Of a stretch of DNA of 64,000 bases, positions 38,576 to 52,292 are shown in pieces. This stretch comes from Tubiluchus corallicola (taxonomy: Eukaryota > Animalia > Priapulida), in assembly GCA_030141605.1 (NCBI GenBank), contig JAQGDQ010000185.1:248001-312000 (forward strand), given 5' to 3'. Positions within the stretch are counted from its first letter, which is position 1. Each line of letters starts with the position of its first letter. The translations under genes were made by a program, and so were the position numbers. Under the pieces are notes generated by a model. It was not told the DNA's origin. It saw only the letters and a program-made list of their open reading frames with translations, and did no database searches.

Positions 38576-40379
38576 GTTTATCGAAGTAGCATGCGTGCAA
38601 TAATAATCGAGACCACCTTGCAAATAAGTATTGAGGTACGCAAGGTATTATGTCCTAAACGAAATTATTATTATATGCAGAGGCTTGAAACTTATTACTA
38701 ATATTTTACAATATAACAATTCCTATATGCAATAAATTACTTGACATTCATTTGATATATACGCCTGTCACGTACTAGCTGAATGTAGCCTGAAATTTTG
38801 TTTCAAGTTTACACGAGATTTACGTGGATTAAATAAACAGTTTTCTGTAAGGCATTTACAAAAATAACACGCATGTTGAACTTGCAGCGGCTTAAAATTT
38901 TTCTTACCACAAAGTCTGTTTATTCTAAAAGGAGGTCTAGAGCTTAGTTACAGTTGAAAAAATGGAAATAAAACGACAATTTTATAAACTCGGAATGTTT
39001 AACTTTTGTGTGTGTGAGAGATAAGGTCAGCCCAATGCACTCAGTCTGTAAATTCGATCGAATCCTATCTAGTGTCATATATCTAGATAGCATAAGTTGA
39101 TTTTAAAAAAATGTTTCTTCTGTGCATATATTATGAGGGGGTGACCTGCAAAGTCACGAATCTATGATTTTTGAAAAAAACTGAGATGTACACCAAAATA
39201 TAGATCTCGACGAAGTTTTTACTTTGAAAAGCAAGGTATTTGCAAATAAATGCATCTTTATCACTATTTTAACAGTCTTTTTTCACAAGAACTTGCAAAC
39301 TCTACTATCTTCCCCCTGACAGAGATATGCAAACATGCTTATCTTAAATTAAATCAAGTTAAATTTTCTCAAAACGTGCTTACTTTTAGATACGTGACTC
39401 TGCGCACCTGCTCACATACAAATAAAATATACACATTAACCATCGCTGTTTTAATATCTGTGATTACTAAAATTAAAAGTAAAAAAGTGACCGGTATCGC
39501 AATCACTTCATTTGCAGAATTGCATAACACATCTTCAAGAATAAGTGAAAGAGGCTGGCCAACTTGGAAAACACAAATAATTGCTACACTTCCTACTCAA
39601 ATCGCCGTAAAATTCCAACAGGTTCTTCACTTAATTGTAATTTTGCTACGGATATATGTAAGGCTGACTCATTTTTGATCAAACGAGTGGAAGACGTTCG
39701 TTTACGTAGGATATGGTTTATTTTGGTTTAATTTATGTGATATGATATGTGGCCAACACGGCCAATCAAGATACGTTTTACAAACAATCCACATTTTACA
39801 TGCATATATGAGAGTATTTAGCTGCAAAACATTGTATCATTAGATGTCAGCATAATACAGGACGACTTCTCTTCATCACTAAACATTACATTGTTAAGAT
39901 GCAGTTCAGTTGCAGAACTATTTAAAAATTTACGTGCTACTGCGTGCTTAGAGCAATAAAACAAGAAAAGTAATTTTGCAAGACCTAGCTAGCCGTGGCC
40001 CGCAACTGATGCACACTAACGCATATTTCTCTAAAACTCAAGTATTTTATAGCCAATGCGCAGGTAATTAAAACTATATAATGGCTTACTTGTTACAATT
40101 TTCCCCAGAGTTGCTTTTGTGTGGAATTTGTTCATCAGAACCGTGCTTTCTTACTGGTTTTTGATTGTTTCTTGCTAAGTATGGCACCACACAGGTGCAT
40201 TCGACAAACTGCTCATGCACACAAAATGAGTTTTTATAATAAAAAATAACATGAAAATTTGGTATAATCTAAAATTGAGAGCTATAAAAAATATTCGTAG
40301 AGTGACGAAAACTAAAATTTTCTCTACAAAAACAATATTGAAATTAAATACATACAAAAAAACTTATGTAAATTTCGTT

Positions 40380-40430
40380 ACTTACCTATTACAAGAAATA
40401 GACACATGAAAAAGAAAAAAGAACAACAAT
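40380..40430 (-). promoter_or_regulatory. Candidate recursive splice site (polypyrimidine-AG|GTAAGT)
   Basis: Minus strand: ttgttgttcttttttctttttcatgtgtctatttcttgtaatAG|GTAAGT, junction 40386/40385. Confidence 0.4.
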
Positions 40431-42568
40431 TAGTATAAGCATAGAAAAAATTACAAAGTAGTTTTAATTATTGCATTATTTATTTTACCTATGACTGTTG
40501 GGAACTTTAAAAATTGTACACTTAAGTTTCAGGCCCGACCCCAAGTTGACTGTTTAAACACAATGTGGACAATTCAGCAAAATAAACACAAAAACCGCAT
40601 AGTTTAACTGACTTAAAATTTTGGGAATGAAAAGTCGACGAGTTTATAGAAAGCTGCTGTTTTGTCACCAAACAGAAAACCGGGCAATAAACTGAACAAA
40701 CTCGGGGTGTAAGTGGAACAAAATAAACTAGATGCCAGGCCCAAACATTTTCACTTAAATGAAATAAAACTTTCCTTTGTTCAGATTATTTCGTTCACCC
40801 ATCTAGTACTTTTAATGCATTTGCAGCTTAACTTTCAACTACTTTTCTAAAAAGAGCTGAAAATTTTTACACTAGAAACAGCTTTTGAAATGCAATTAGC
40901 AGCAAGCCAATAAAAGTGAGCAATTACTAAGCTAGGTACTATAACAGCTACAGCTGTACATAAGAAAATATACTCATGTTATTTCATCCCATGTCTACTA
41001 AATATCTCCATGAATTCCCAGTAACTTAAGAATATCGTTCCATGGATTCCTACGGCTCAACACACACGCGAAACCAGTTAACTATATAATATGAATTGGC
41101 CAACACAAAACGAAGAATTTATGAACCTGTTTGACTTCTTATTTTATAAAAAGTGATGGTTTAGTAAACGTTTTAAAATAAAAATAGATCTTGCGTTTTT
41201 CTTTGGCAATTGGTTTAAAGAGAAGTTTTGTTAAAGAAAAAAGATTAGTATAAAATTAAATAAAACAAATTTATTTCTGAGCAACATAGATTTAGTTCTT
41301 GTTACTGTAGTGCTTTTAGACAGTAAAATGCGTGCAATAAAATGATAAATATTTACATATTTAAAGTATTTAATGGAATTGAAAAGCACGAAGTCATTTT
41401 CTAAAGCCTCGTGATTCAGAGAGTGTTACACAAATTTACAAATCAGTCGTATTTCAGAAAACACAAAATTATATTTCTACTATAAGTATGCGTTTCATTG
41501 GGCCGAGAAGCAAAATCAAGAAACACCACAAATAACAATGGAAATCAAATTTTGATTTTACTCTAGGGTGTGAAGTCAAGGATGAAAAACGGCCATTTGT
41601 AGAGTGCACGAAAAATAGAGATCTTGCGGTTCGTCAAAAACCGGCCTGTGGCGCCATCTGTTAATAATAGTGTTACAAAATTAAACTTTCAAAATTCGGA
41701 AGTTACAGGCGATAATCAATGCAATAACCACACAATTTTGAATCAATCGCAATGTTAACTGTTTCATTCATAATAGTAAGCTAAACTGAAGCTAACTCGA
41801 TATTTTAGAAGCACAAAAACAAGCATTTTAACACATGACACATCACCATAATCTCGTCTCATATTTACTCAAAAATGGAATCAGGATTATTGGGCTGAGG
41901 GTATAATTAATTCAGACAGCTCTAATAATCAATAAAAATTACCATTTCTCCCTTTTTTCAAACACTGAAAGCCGCATTCCTGGCAATAAAGATCAACCAA
42001 TGAACTGATTGTATGGGTTAGTCTATGGGTATTATTCATATAACCGCAGGGGATCATAAATATCACTGACTTGACAGTAACTATGCTGCGCTAATGAAAA
42101 AATGCTTAAAGAACATAATTTCGAAACTCTAAACACGACTGGAACGAGCGAGAATAGGCGGGCTTGTCCCTATCCTATTAATATCAGCTAATTCCCCATA
42201 TCATCAAAGCAGCAGTGTGACGGTTAGATTTCAAGGATAAGTTCTCAGTTACGGAATTCTCTTTCACTGAATGGCACGGATTATGTCTGTCAGATGAGCT
42301 ACACCTTTCAGCGCTTTTGTCGCATCAGCCACTATTTGTGTAAATTTCTTGTGCTAATAATGCGTGAAAAACAACTTTTTCTTATGAATGGGATACAACG
42401 TATCAAAAATTCTGTGCTGCAAATGTATTAGAAACTGGTTTAATGCAAAGGAATAGCGAATTAATAGAATGGCAAAATAACTGACTGGCTTGTTGTATAG
42501 CTGACTGAATGTTGAAAGCACTGAATATCAGACTAGCTGGCTGAATGACTGACTACTAACTGAATGAG

Positions 42569-42912
<344 letters not shown>

Positions 42913-43177
42913 GGAGTGACTAAACGAATTCACGAATAACTGACTAATTCCCAGGCTTACTTATTTGAGGAATTTATCGATGACACAAGGCCTAGATGTC
43001 AAGACCGTTTAACTGTTGGCGGCTGACTGACTAAGAAAATTAATTGACCGATATGTGGGCTGTATAATTATCCAACAGACGGAGTGACTACGTGTTTTTG
43101 TTTTATTTTTCGCTTTAGCTTTTTTGTTAATCTTGGTTGTGTGACTTTATTTCAAATTTCAACTATGCCTGCCCTCA

Positions 43178-43207
43178 TTATTATTATTATTATTATTATT
43201 AATATTA

Positions 43208-43278
<71 letters not shown>

Positions 43279-43302
43279 ATTAATATTATCATTATTATTA
43301 TT
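43178..43302. repeat. (ATT)n microsatellite
   Basis: Directly visible. Confidence 0.97.
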
Positions 43303-45301
43303 TTCAATTCTTTATTCATAGAAAATTTTACACAGAGTGATTTTTAGTATAGATAATTAATACATGATAATTTTTGTTAGTACTTAAAGGACAAGAAAAG
43401 GACTACCTGAAGTAGGTTTGAGAAAAATGGCTTTAAAAAATTATATTACTTTATAGCAATTTTATGCGTATGTCTTACTCGCACTGAAAGGAATTTTAGT
43501 TTGTTTTCATTTTAAATCTCCCGCAATACTGTTCCGAAGTGGTCATTACATGACGCCAAACGTAAATCAAGTGAAGAAAAGGCAACGCTAAATTATATCT
43601 CAAAAGACTTTCCGTGCAAATCTATATTACTTAGATTTCCGCTTACGTGCTAGAAAGACTTATGTAACTAGAAAAGGAAATTATTAATTATTTGAAATGT
43701 TTTCACCGATTGGTAAACCACTCACTAACCAAAGAACGTATTTTTAATCTTATTGGCAAGACACAGTAATTTTAAATTTTATTTAATTAGTGACTTGTGC
43801 GCTACGAATGCTCTGATTATTTTTCAAACTTTCAAAATGTTATCTAAATTTGTTTCAAATGACCTGTCGTGAAAATGGCTGCGTCTAACGGTCATCGCGG
43901 GAGTTTAAATTTACATGTTTTATACAGCGTGACTGCCGATTGAAGTTCTGCGTGCAAAAAGGCAGTACGTAAGTGATATAAAATTTCAAAACGAATTTTT
44001 CAAGCTTTATGTTTATGAAGGGTTTTCTTGTGCTTTAAAAAAAGATGATGAAGTCCATACATACAATTCTACTGCTATCGTTGCTGTATGTCATCACAAA
44101 ACTACACGCCTAAAGAGTGAAGCTTATTATAATGCCTAAACAGTGTTGAATGAACTGCGTTACCAAAGCCACGCCAATACATGTAACCTTGCTAAATAAA
44201 GAAGGTTGGGAAAAAGAGTTCTGGAATGCAAACATGTAATTCCTATTGAATTGCATGATTTAGGTCTAGGTCGCTTAGCTTAGCTATTCTCCTGCAGGGC
44301 TTGCCTCCATCTAGGACCCCCACATCGAAACGACCACCGAAAACGTTAGGAAATTCAATAAAAATCACCGGGGCCATTTTCATGGTAATTCATTTAGTTG
44401 ACAAAAGGTGGCACTTAAAACGATCTATGGCTTTATCATAAGATCAAAGGTTAAAATACCGACAATGCAGGCATTAAGACACCCCAAAAGTTGCGAATCG
44501 ATTTTAGAAAAAAAAGATTTCAAATTAGTCACCCTCTAGTAAATCGAAATTCGTAATCCGTTTTTAAAAGTGATAAATCAAACACAGAAAAATGCAACTT
44601 ATAGATCTATTCAACTAATTTTCGTTTGTATCTCTGACTGTTTACTTATCATTGAATTTCTATAAGTCCATAAGATTTACACCTAAAAACTCATTAAAGT
44701 GCGTGCTCGTTGATGGTTTTATCTACGAAATAACAAATGTTAATATTAAAAGAACACGTAAATTTTTAAAAATTCTCGCATTAAACAAGCACTCCCACAA
44801 GTGACGTAATTTTGTGCACAAGGTCAGTATTCATTCTTTAATCTGTGTGACTGCGTATTCCTCATGTCCCAGCAATTATATGAGTTCTATCTGATTGCAC
44901 AAAAGATTTAAAAACCAAATAAGTATCATTATGATTTTGAATCTTAGTTAGCTTGATTTTTTGTGAGTCGCAGGTCGTAAGTCATCGAGCCACAAAAATG
45001 CAAGAATAACAAGCGACTACTTCACCCACACAAACGTTGAAATTACGTGTTTTTAACTACATTTGTGAGGCGTTAAATGACTTTAGGTGTTAAATGACTT
45101 TATTCTTGGCAGTAGACAATTATCATTAACCTTTTGGATTACTGATTTTTCAGATGAAAATTTACTGCTTACTGATCGTAGACACTACGTAGGAACTGGA
45201 CAGTTCGCGCATTGTTCATTGATGGATGAAAACCGATTAGAGTTTACCCATCAATTTTATTCACATTTTCATTCGCAAACCCGGATTTTTATACGCAGTT
45301 T

Positions 45302-45403
<102 letters not shown>

Positions 45404-45990
45404 TAGCAATGATTCCTATTATTTGCCAATCATCAACATCAGTAAATTGGGCGAAGCATTATTACAGCTATTAGACATGGCAAAAAGAACGAACTGTCCT
45501 TGGATGTCAGTAGAACCCAAGTCCATTTTCAACAACAACAACAACAACAGGCAAAATCTCGGGGTTTACAAAACAGAAAGAAAAAACGAGCGAGGCTGCT
45601 AGCGAATTCTTTTGAGAATAACTTAACTTAAGAAAGGTCGTCAGCCAGAACATCCGGCCATTAATTACCACTAGAGTGTCAGGGGTAATTACTTTAATAG
45701 ATGTTGCCTATTGCTGCTGCTTGACCACTGGTCACTACTACCCGACTCCTCCTTATTCGCATTTCGCTCCTCCTCTTTGATAATCCACAATCTCAAGTCA
45801 CGAAAGCTTTAGCTTTAAAATAAGTTTTTACCAACATGCAACAATAGTCAACAAAAAAGGAACAATACGTGCACATAATACGTCATTACAGAACATCACA
45901 GTTTCTCTGATTAAGAAACATTAGGTGCAGTAAACAGTTTAAAAAACAAATAAATTAGTGTCAAAAGAAAGTAGTTTTCTTTCTTTAGCA

Positions 45991-46102
45991 ATCTATTAAT
46001 ATATTATTAATAGATTAATATCTATTATTATATCTATATAATAGATTATCTATAATATCGATTATATCTAATATCTATTAATATCTATTAATATTTAATA
46101 TC
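45991..46102. repeat. AT-rich low-complexity tract of ATCTATTA(AT) units in both orientations
   Basis: atctattaat and taatagat units repeated and inverted. Confidence 0.85.
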
Positions 46103-46634
46103 TTCAAACTAGAGGTACGAGAGTTAAATTTTAAAATCATTACTTTCACTTAATCCAGTTGCAGCATATACATGAAATTGATCATAATCTTAAGAATACG
46201 TATGTCTTCTGACAGCATTAAAAAAAATTTCTCTTCTTCAAATTTTCTTCACTATTACAATAATTGCAGATCTTAATTCTGGTTGCATTATGCTCGCAGA
46301 CGTTGTCATTATAATGAGGAACCTGGGAAACGTAATACGTAGCAGAAGTTACAACGATGTCGAATTTATTTAAAGAAATCGCAAAAGCACAACAAGCAAT
46401 TAGACATGCAGTTTCTAGCCGCAGTGTAAAAAAAGGCTCAACACAATGACAGGTAGCAGGCAAGTGATGTCCAGATGCTGTACAAAGTCAAGAAAATTTA
46501 TTGTTTTTATTCTTCTTACACTGAGCATTTATAGTGAAAGTGGCCGAATAATTGCATAAAGTGAGAATTATTTCAACTCGTCAATTCAAGAACATAACTG
46601 CTAAGAAAATACAAGTAAGAACTCATTTTATGTA

Positions 46635-46873
46635 ATAGTTTCTTTACTATGGTAAAATGGGCTAATGCCGTACACTGGCTGAGTCGAACAATAAAAACAT
46701 CCTAACTTTACTAAAACAAGAAAATATTATATAAACTGTTGTTTTCTCTTCTCTTTAATAAAAAATAGGAAAAATGGTGTCTATACCACTTTGCTGTTGC
46801 TAGTAATGTCTGAGGCTCGCTAAACAACATTAACCAGTAGGTGAATTAGCCCATTTTACCCTTTTAGAACTAT
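46635..46873. mobile_element. ~240-bp MITE with 16-bp perfect inverted repeats
   Basis: GGTAAAATGGGCTAAT (46651-46666) and ATTAGCCCATTTTACC (46845-46860), with imperfect outward extension to tagtt/aacta. Confidence 0.7.
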
Positions 46874-47593
46874 AATCTAAATGCTTCTAAAATTGGAATT
46901 CTAAGGAAAATTGCTTGGCCCGGGAGATTTTTATTTACCATTTATTCGTGTATGTCTAGCCCAAACAATGCAATTACGTTATTGAATTAGTACAAAAAAA
47001 CGCGTACAACATACATACATACATACTTATAACAAACTCGTACAACATACAAAAAGAAGAGTGGATACAACGGTTCCAAAGGGTTCCAACGGCTGCATCT
47101 AAAATTTAAGCCATGAGAAGTTTACATAAACGGCACAAGCTAAAAACATTTCTAACATTAATCTGTAACCACATGAACGATGCGTAGCAACAATTTCATT
47201 TTGTTTGAGATAAACGTGCACTTTTCACGAAGTATTCAAAGTTTCAGCTTGTTATTGTTCATGATCGTTATACCTACCTACCTGGAGAACCAATTTACCT
47301 GATGATAATTAACCACAAGTAAATATTCTGCATCCGAAACGAGAATTTCTAGTTCAGCTGTTTACTATATACAGTCTGGCTGATATTCTCATTTCTACAA
47401 AAATATTAAACTCAAGAGCATGAAACTAGAACTTGGTAAATGAAAGGGAACAGCTGATTTGTCACCGCGTGTGATTAGCGACGGAGTAATGCAATAGTCG
47501 ACCTGATGAATGGAACTAAAATGCATTTCGTTATCTCTTTTCATTACATACCTACTAAAATTTTTCAGCCAAAATCATTTACTGTGTCCCCTC

Positions 47594-47598
<5 letters not shown>

Positions 47599-47653
<55 letters not shown>

Positions 47654-47844
47654 TTACACACTTTCTCTCCCCACCTTTAATCCTTCTCTCTTAGGAATCC
47701 TGACTGCTTGACTGCATCCAGGCTAATTTCTACGAATATCAGCTTGCTCCATGGCAAATACACGTGTACGACAACATTCAAAGTTTTAACTAGGCTTTGT
47801 TGTTGTTAACTATATTGCATATTGAGTTAACCATGTTGCATGTT
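47599..47844. repeat. (CT)n microsatellite plus ~200-bp interspersed repeat, copy 1
   Basis: ggaatcctgactgcttgactgcatccaggctaatttctacga...tgtacgacaacattcaaagttttaa.taggctttgttg...atgttgcatgtt is shared with 52030-52292. Confidence 0.9.
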
Positions 47845-48941
47845 ACAGTGTCTCGCACACTTTTTTGAGCTTCAAGAGTATTTATCCAGCTGAGTTGAAA
47901 TTTTTGGTAGCGTGATTAACTAGGTTAGGATGTCCTTAGTTCAAAACAAAAAAGTTTGTAGTCAGTGCGTTCGTTAATTAGTTAATAAATCACAGAAGAT
48001 TAATTACTCCTATATTAATCTGTAAACTTTGACGTTCGGTTATAAAATTTCTTAACAAACTATTAAAATTACGAAACAGCATCTCGAATCATAAGTAATA
48101 ATCTGATAGAAATATCAGATTTTCGACCGCTAACAATACATTCGTAGTCGTAACTTACTCACTGGAAGGTGATAGCGGTAGTTTATAGGTTTTGCACATG
48201 CGGAAGGGCTGAAATCAAAATCAATATACTCGCTTTGCATAGTATATCTTAGCTACTTTCTCATACTCTGATCTGTGTCTCACTAACAATCAGCAATTAT
48301 TATGACAATAATTGTCTAGCGAGTGGGACAGAGAGGGGCATAGATAAATCACATTTGGAAAGCGTAGAAAACATCCATTTTCTTTTGAAGGTGATAAATG
48401 TTTTACGTACCTCTCCTAGAGCTAGCCTAAAGGCAGTCATGCAAGTTAATTTAACTACACGGTATTTTAAGCTAGGTTAGACAGATTGCATTTGGAGAAA
48501 ATTTAATAAATTACTATTATCAACCTTCAACCAAAGAAGCGCGCATAACTTCTGCTATTTGGGTGGATATCTTATGAAGAGTTCAAGTACTCCTTTTCTT
48601 CCCATGAAAAGAATGATTCATATACGAATGGCCCATTATCATCTGAAAATTTCAAAAATTTCAATTTAACGGAACGACGAAGCAGAACCTTTATTAACCT
48701 GTAACTTCTTCAACAAAACGCATATTATCCACGACCGTTGCCCAGAGACTGGCGTCTATCCGAAACTAAAAAACACCTCGAATAAGACTGACTGACTTGT
48801 TTACTTCTAACAACAAGGTTATTGAGCAAACAAAGCGAAACTATTTAGTTGATGATACTTAAGTACATTACGCTAAGTTCATTGATGTCGTTGCACTGAG
48901 ATAATTAACAAATAAATAAATAGAAAAGGAAATGTTGACGC

Positions 48942-48967
48942 TGCGCATGCGCAATAAAAAGGAAGTG
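48942..48967. promoter_or_regulatory. NRF1/Ewg-type palindrome with adjacent ETS-like core
   Basis: TGCGCATGCGCA at 48942-48953 (perfect consensus); AGGAAGTG at 48960-48967. Confidence 0.4.
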
Positions 48968-50990
48968 TGTATTTGTTTTAGTTCTAGGTCAGTATGATCG
49001 AGATAATAAGATGAAGAGAGCTACAAGAGTAAATGATGAGAAAAAAGGCAGTAGAGTAAAATTGGGCAGGCAGGAAAGGAAAGGGAGGCAGGCAGGCAGA
49101 CAGAACGGAGCGTGGAGAAGAAAGAGATGGACTTGAGTAACAGCCAGAGAAATAGAGACAGAGAGGGAGGGGGAGAGATAAGAGAGAGAGAGAGAAAAAA
49201 GAGAGAGGGAGAAATAGAGAGAGAGAGTTGAAAACAAAGATACAATTCTGCAAAAACACAATTCTGCAAAAATCTACAAGAAAAATGACTACATGATGCG
49301 TTCTGCAAAAGAACACAAAATTTTGTTGTCGGGGCAACTTTTCCATTTAGGACTGCTTGACAAGTGCTTAACAAGTCACAAGTTAAATTTATTCCTCCAG
49401 CTTGCCCCGAGATACTAGGTAAACAATTTAACTTGTATCTGATTGCCTAAATAAACACATAAACTGTATAGGTTATAATTACCATATCAGTACAGTGAAA
49501 CGTTTGCTGATGTCAGTGTTTGTGAAACTTAGAAATACAAGATAAACAACGCAACTTGTATTTAATTACCTTAATAAACACAATATATGAATAATAGGTT
49601 ATAATTATTACTTACCATCTCAGTGAGACATTCACTGATGATCGATTACATTAATTATTCTGATATCCATTCAAATGAAAGGAATTATTGTTTCATCCAA
49701 GCTGTACATTGTTTTTTAATCAGTCTTATTATCTGTATTACGTTAAGGTGGTACCAGCCTGTGATGTATTATGGCTGAGCAGCTGTTTTATTAATTATGA
49801 AAAAGTTAATATTTCCCCTTGGGTAGCAGCCTGAACACCAGAAGATCACTTTGTTTTTATGTCAGTCCGTCTCAAACACAACTGATTTGCACTTACGAGA
49901 TTAAAGATTATAAATTACTTATGTGTTTAAATAGTTTCTAATTAAATTTCACTACGAATTTGGTGTTATCTGTACTTAAATAAAAGGTTGTGCAACATTC
50001 AGAAACGAAAGGGAAAAGTAATTAGTACTTCATGCGATATATTTATAAACATACAAACATAATCCTTTAATTCCATTGTTATACATACAAAAGTATCATA
50101 CAAGTAAAACAATTATGTATAACGAGTTAAAGAAACTGTTGTATGCAATAGTGTTAAAAGCCCCACAAATACAAATACAAGCGACATGGAACACTAACAC
50201 TTCAACATAAAACTAATACACGTATTACAAATGATATCAAACATCAAACCATACATACAATTATATAATACAAATTCAAATGACACAAAGACATAGAAAA
50301 CATACTTTTCGGCATAATAACCAATACACATAATAACATCACTATCTAAAAGCGAATTAAACCTACAACATACACATACGTCATCTTAATTAGAATGCAA
50401 TATACATATTTATATAACTAAAACTAGTTGTGATTCAACGTCAGTTAATGTTAAGTTAATAAACGAAATGAGCTGGAAAAATTATTGGCATTGTCTTGTT
50501 TAAAGCACCTGCTCCACTTGTCGGTCTTTCTGAAGTGAAATTAATTTGTCCTTATCGTTGCAACATTAACCGCATCATATATCGTACATATGAGTGTTTG
50601 TTGCATGGTGGTATGTTTAATAGACGTATATTTAATTGCATAGTGGCATAGACTTCGAGAATATTTATCGAAAAATTAATGATATTTCCTGCATATGTAG
50701 TTGCTGTTTCTCTGTGGGGTTGAGTGGGACGAGACAGGAGTCCCATAAAATGCATTTATAACAAGCGAAAAAAAACAAATTTTTGGTATGCCAAAATCGA
50801 TTCTAAATGGACAAAATGAAAACAGAACTATAGTTCAAATGTTAACAAAAAACAAGTATTTGTCTGACTGTTTCCCGGGCAAATTTGAAATAATTGCCAT
50901 TAACCACTACATTCTATGGTAGCATGGTCACTTCTCTGGTCAGGTAAACAGTTACTAAATTCCTGATTTTTATGAAGTTTTAGCACTTAC

Positions 50991-51085
50991 CGGACAACCC
51001 AATATTTCCTGACTCTCTCATAGTCACTAAACTGTGATGACACTGATGAAACAGAACCACTACGCTGATGCAGCGTTCCAAACAT
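50991..51085 (-). CDS. Candidate distal first coding exon (phase 2) of the minus-strand gene
   Basis: ATG 51085 is open to donor CG|GTAAGT at 50990; 95 nt = 31 codons + 2. MFGTLHQRSGSVSSVSSQFSDYERVRKYWVV(R). Possible upstream 93-nt 5' UTR intron (GTAAGT at 51296 to tttccttttAG at 51204). Confidence 0.55.
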
Positions 51086-51890
51086 GGGTAAAGCAAGTTC
51101 ATCAAATTTTGACACGAAATTCAAACTATCTGAAATCGAACCACAACGGAAACTTCCACTTGCCCACTTGCGGCACAATCACCGCGCTATCAATTCGGCA
51201 AAACTAAAAGGAAATTGTCTTGATTGATTATTGGTCGATCAAACGCAAAACGCTGACGCACAGGAAAGTGCCTCGTTCCTTTACTTGACAACTTACACTG
51301 ACATTATGAAGTTTCGGTATGAACCGTTGGAGTGCATTGCAGGTGTATTGCTAGAGGAAGATTAGTAACATCGTTACCCACCCATGACGAACAGGGGCGG
51401 CTCTGCAAAGGGTGCTGTCAGTACGCCTTAGACTAAAGCAGAAAAAGTTCGCAATTTTTTGGCACATCATCTGCTGTAGAAAGTGGCTACTAGGCTTGCC
51501 AAAAACCAATGTGGTGAATTGGAATTGTAACTAACGTTATTGGCAAACTCGAGGGTCTACCGCTAATGCTAGATTATGGAACGGTGATGCAGCAGGTTGT
51601 TTAAATTTCAGGAATTTTAAAATCAGCAGCTGGTGGCTGTTGCTACTAAATCCAGCCAACAAAGTTCTAAACTATTCAAATGCGGGTATAACAACAATGA
51701 ATATTTTTTACTTTTCAAGTTGTGAATATTACAACTTTTTACAGCATGCAACAAGCAGCTGTAAGAATATACTTAATGTTTTTTATACATTTCTTTTATT
51801 GTTTCGACAAGCCCTCTCACCTACCCTCTTACTTGCCTGTATGCTTTCTTACTTGCCTACCATCCTTCTTTCTGGAAGTCTTTCTTTCTT

Positions 51891-51892
<2 letters not shown>

Positions 51893-51989
<97 letters not shown>

Positions 51990-52292
51990 CGTTTCTCTCT
52001 TTCTCTCTCTTTCTCTCTGTTTCTGTTTTCTCTCTCGCTCTCTTTCGACACATTTGCACACTCTCTCCCCACCCTTTTCCCTTTCCTCTTGGGAATCCTG
52101 ACTGCTTGACTGCATCCAGGCTAATTTCTACGAGTATCAGCCTGCTCCATTGCAACTACACATGTACGACAACATTCAAAGATTTAAGTGCCTGCTCCAT
52201 TGCAACTACACATGTACGACAACATTCAAAGTTTTAAGTAGGCTTTGTTGTCGTTAACTGTACTGAACATTGCGTTAACTATGTTGCATGTT
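51893..52292. repeat. (CT)n(ATCT)n microsatellite plus interspersed repeat copy 2, with an internal 50-bp tandem duplication
   Basis: Matches 47641-47844; cctgctccattgcaactacacatgtacgacaacattcaaag occurs at 52141 and 52191. Confidence 0.9.

Noticed and set aside
50050-50760. CR1-like 3' end on the minus strand
   Set aside because: Only faint motif hints (NILEVY, HSY) plus a TG-rich tail; too weak to call.
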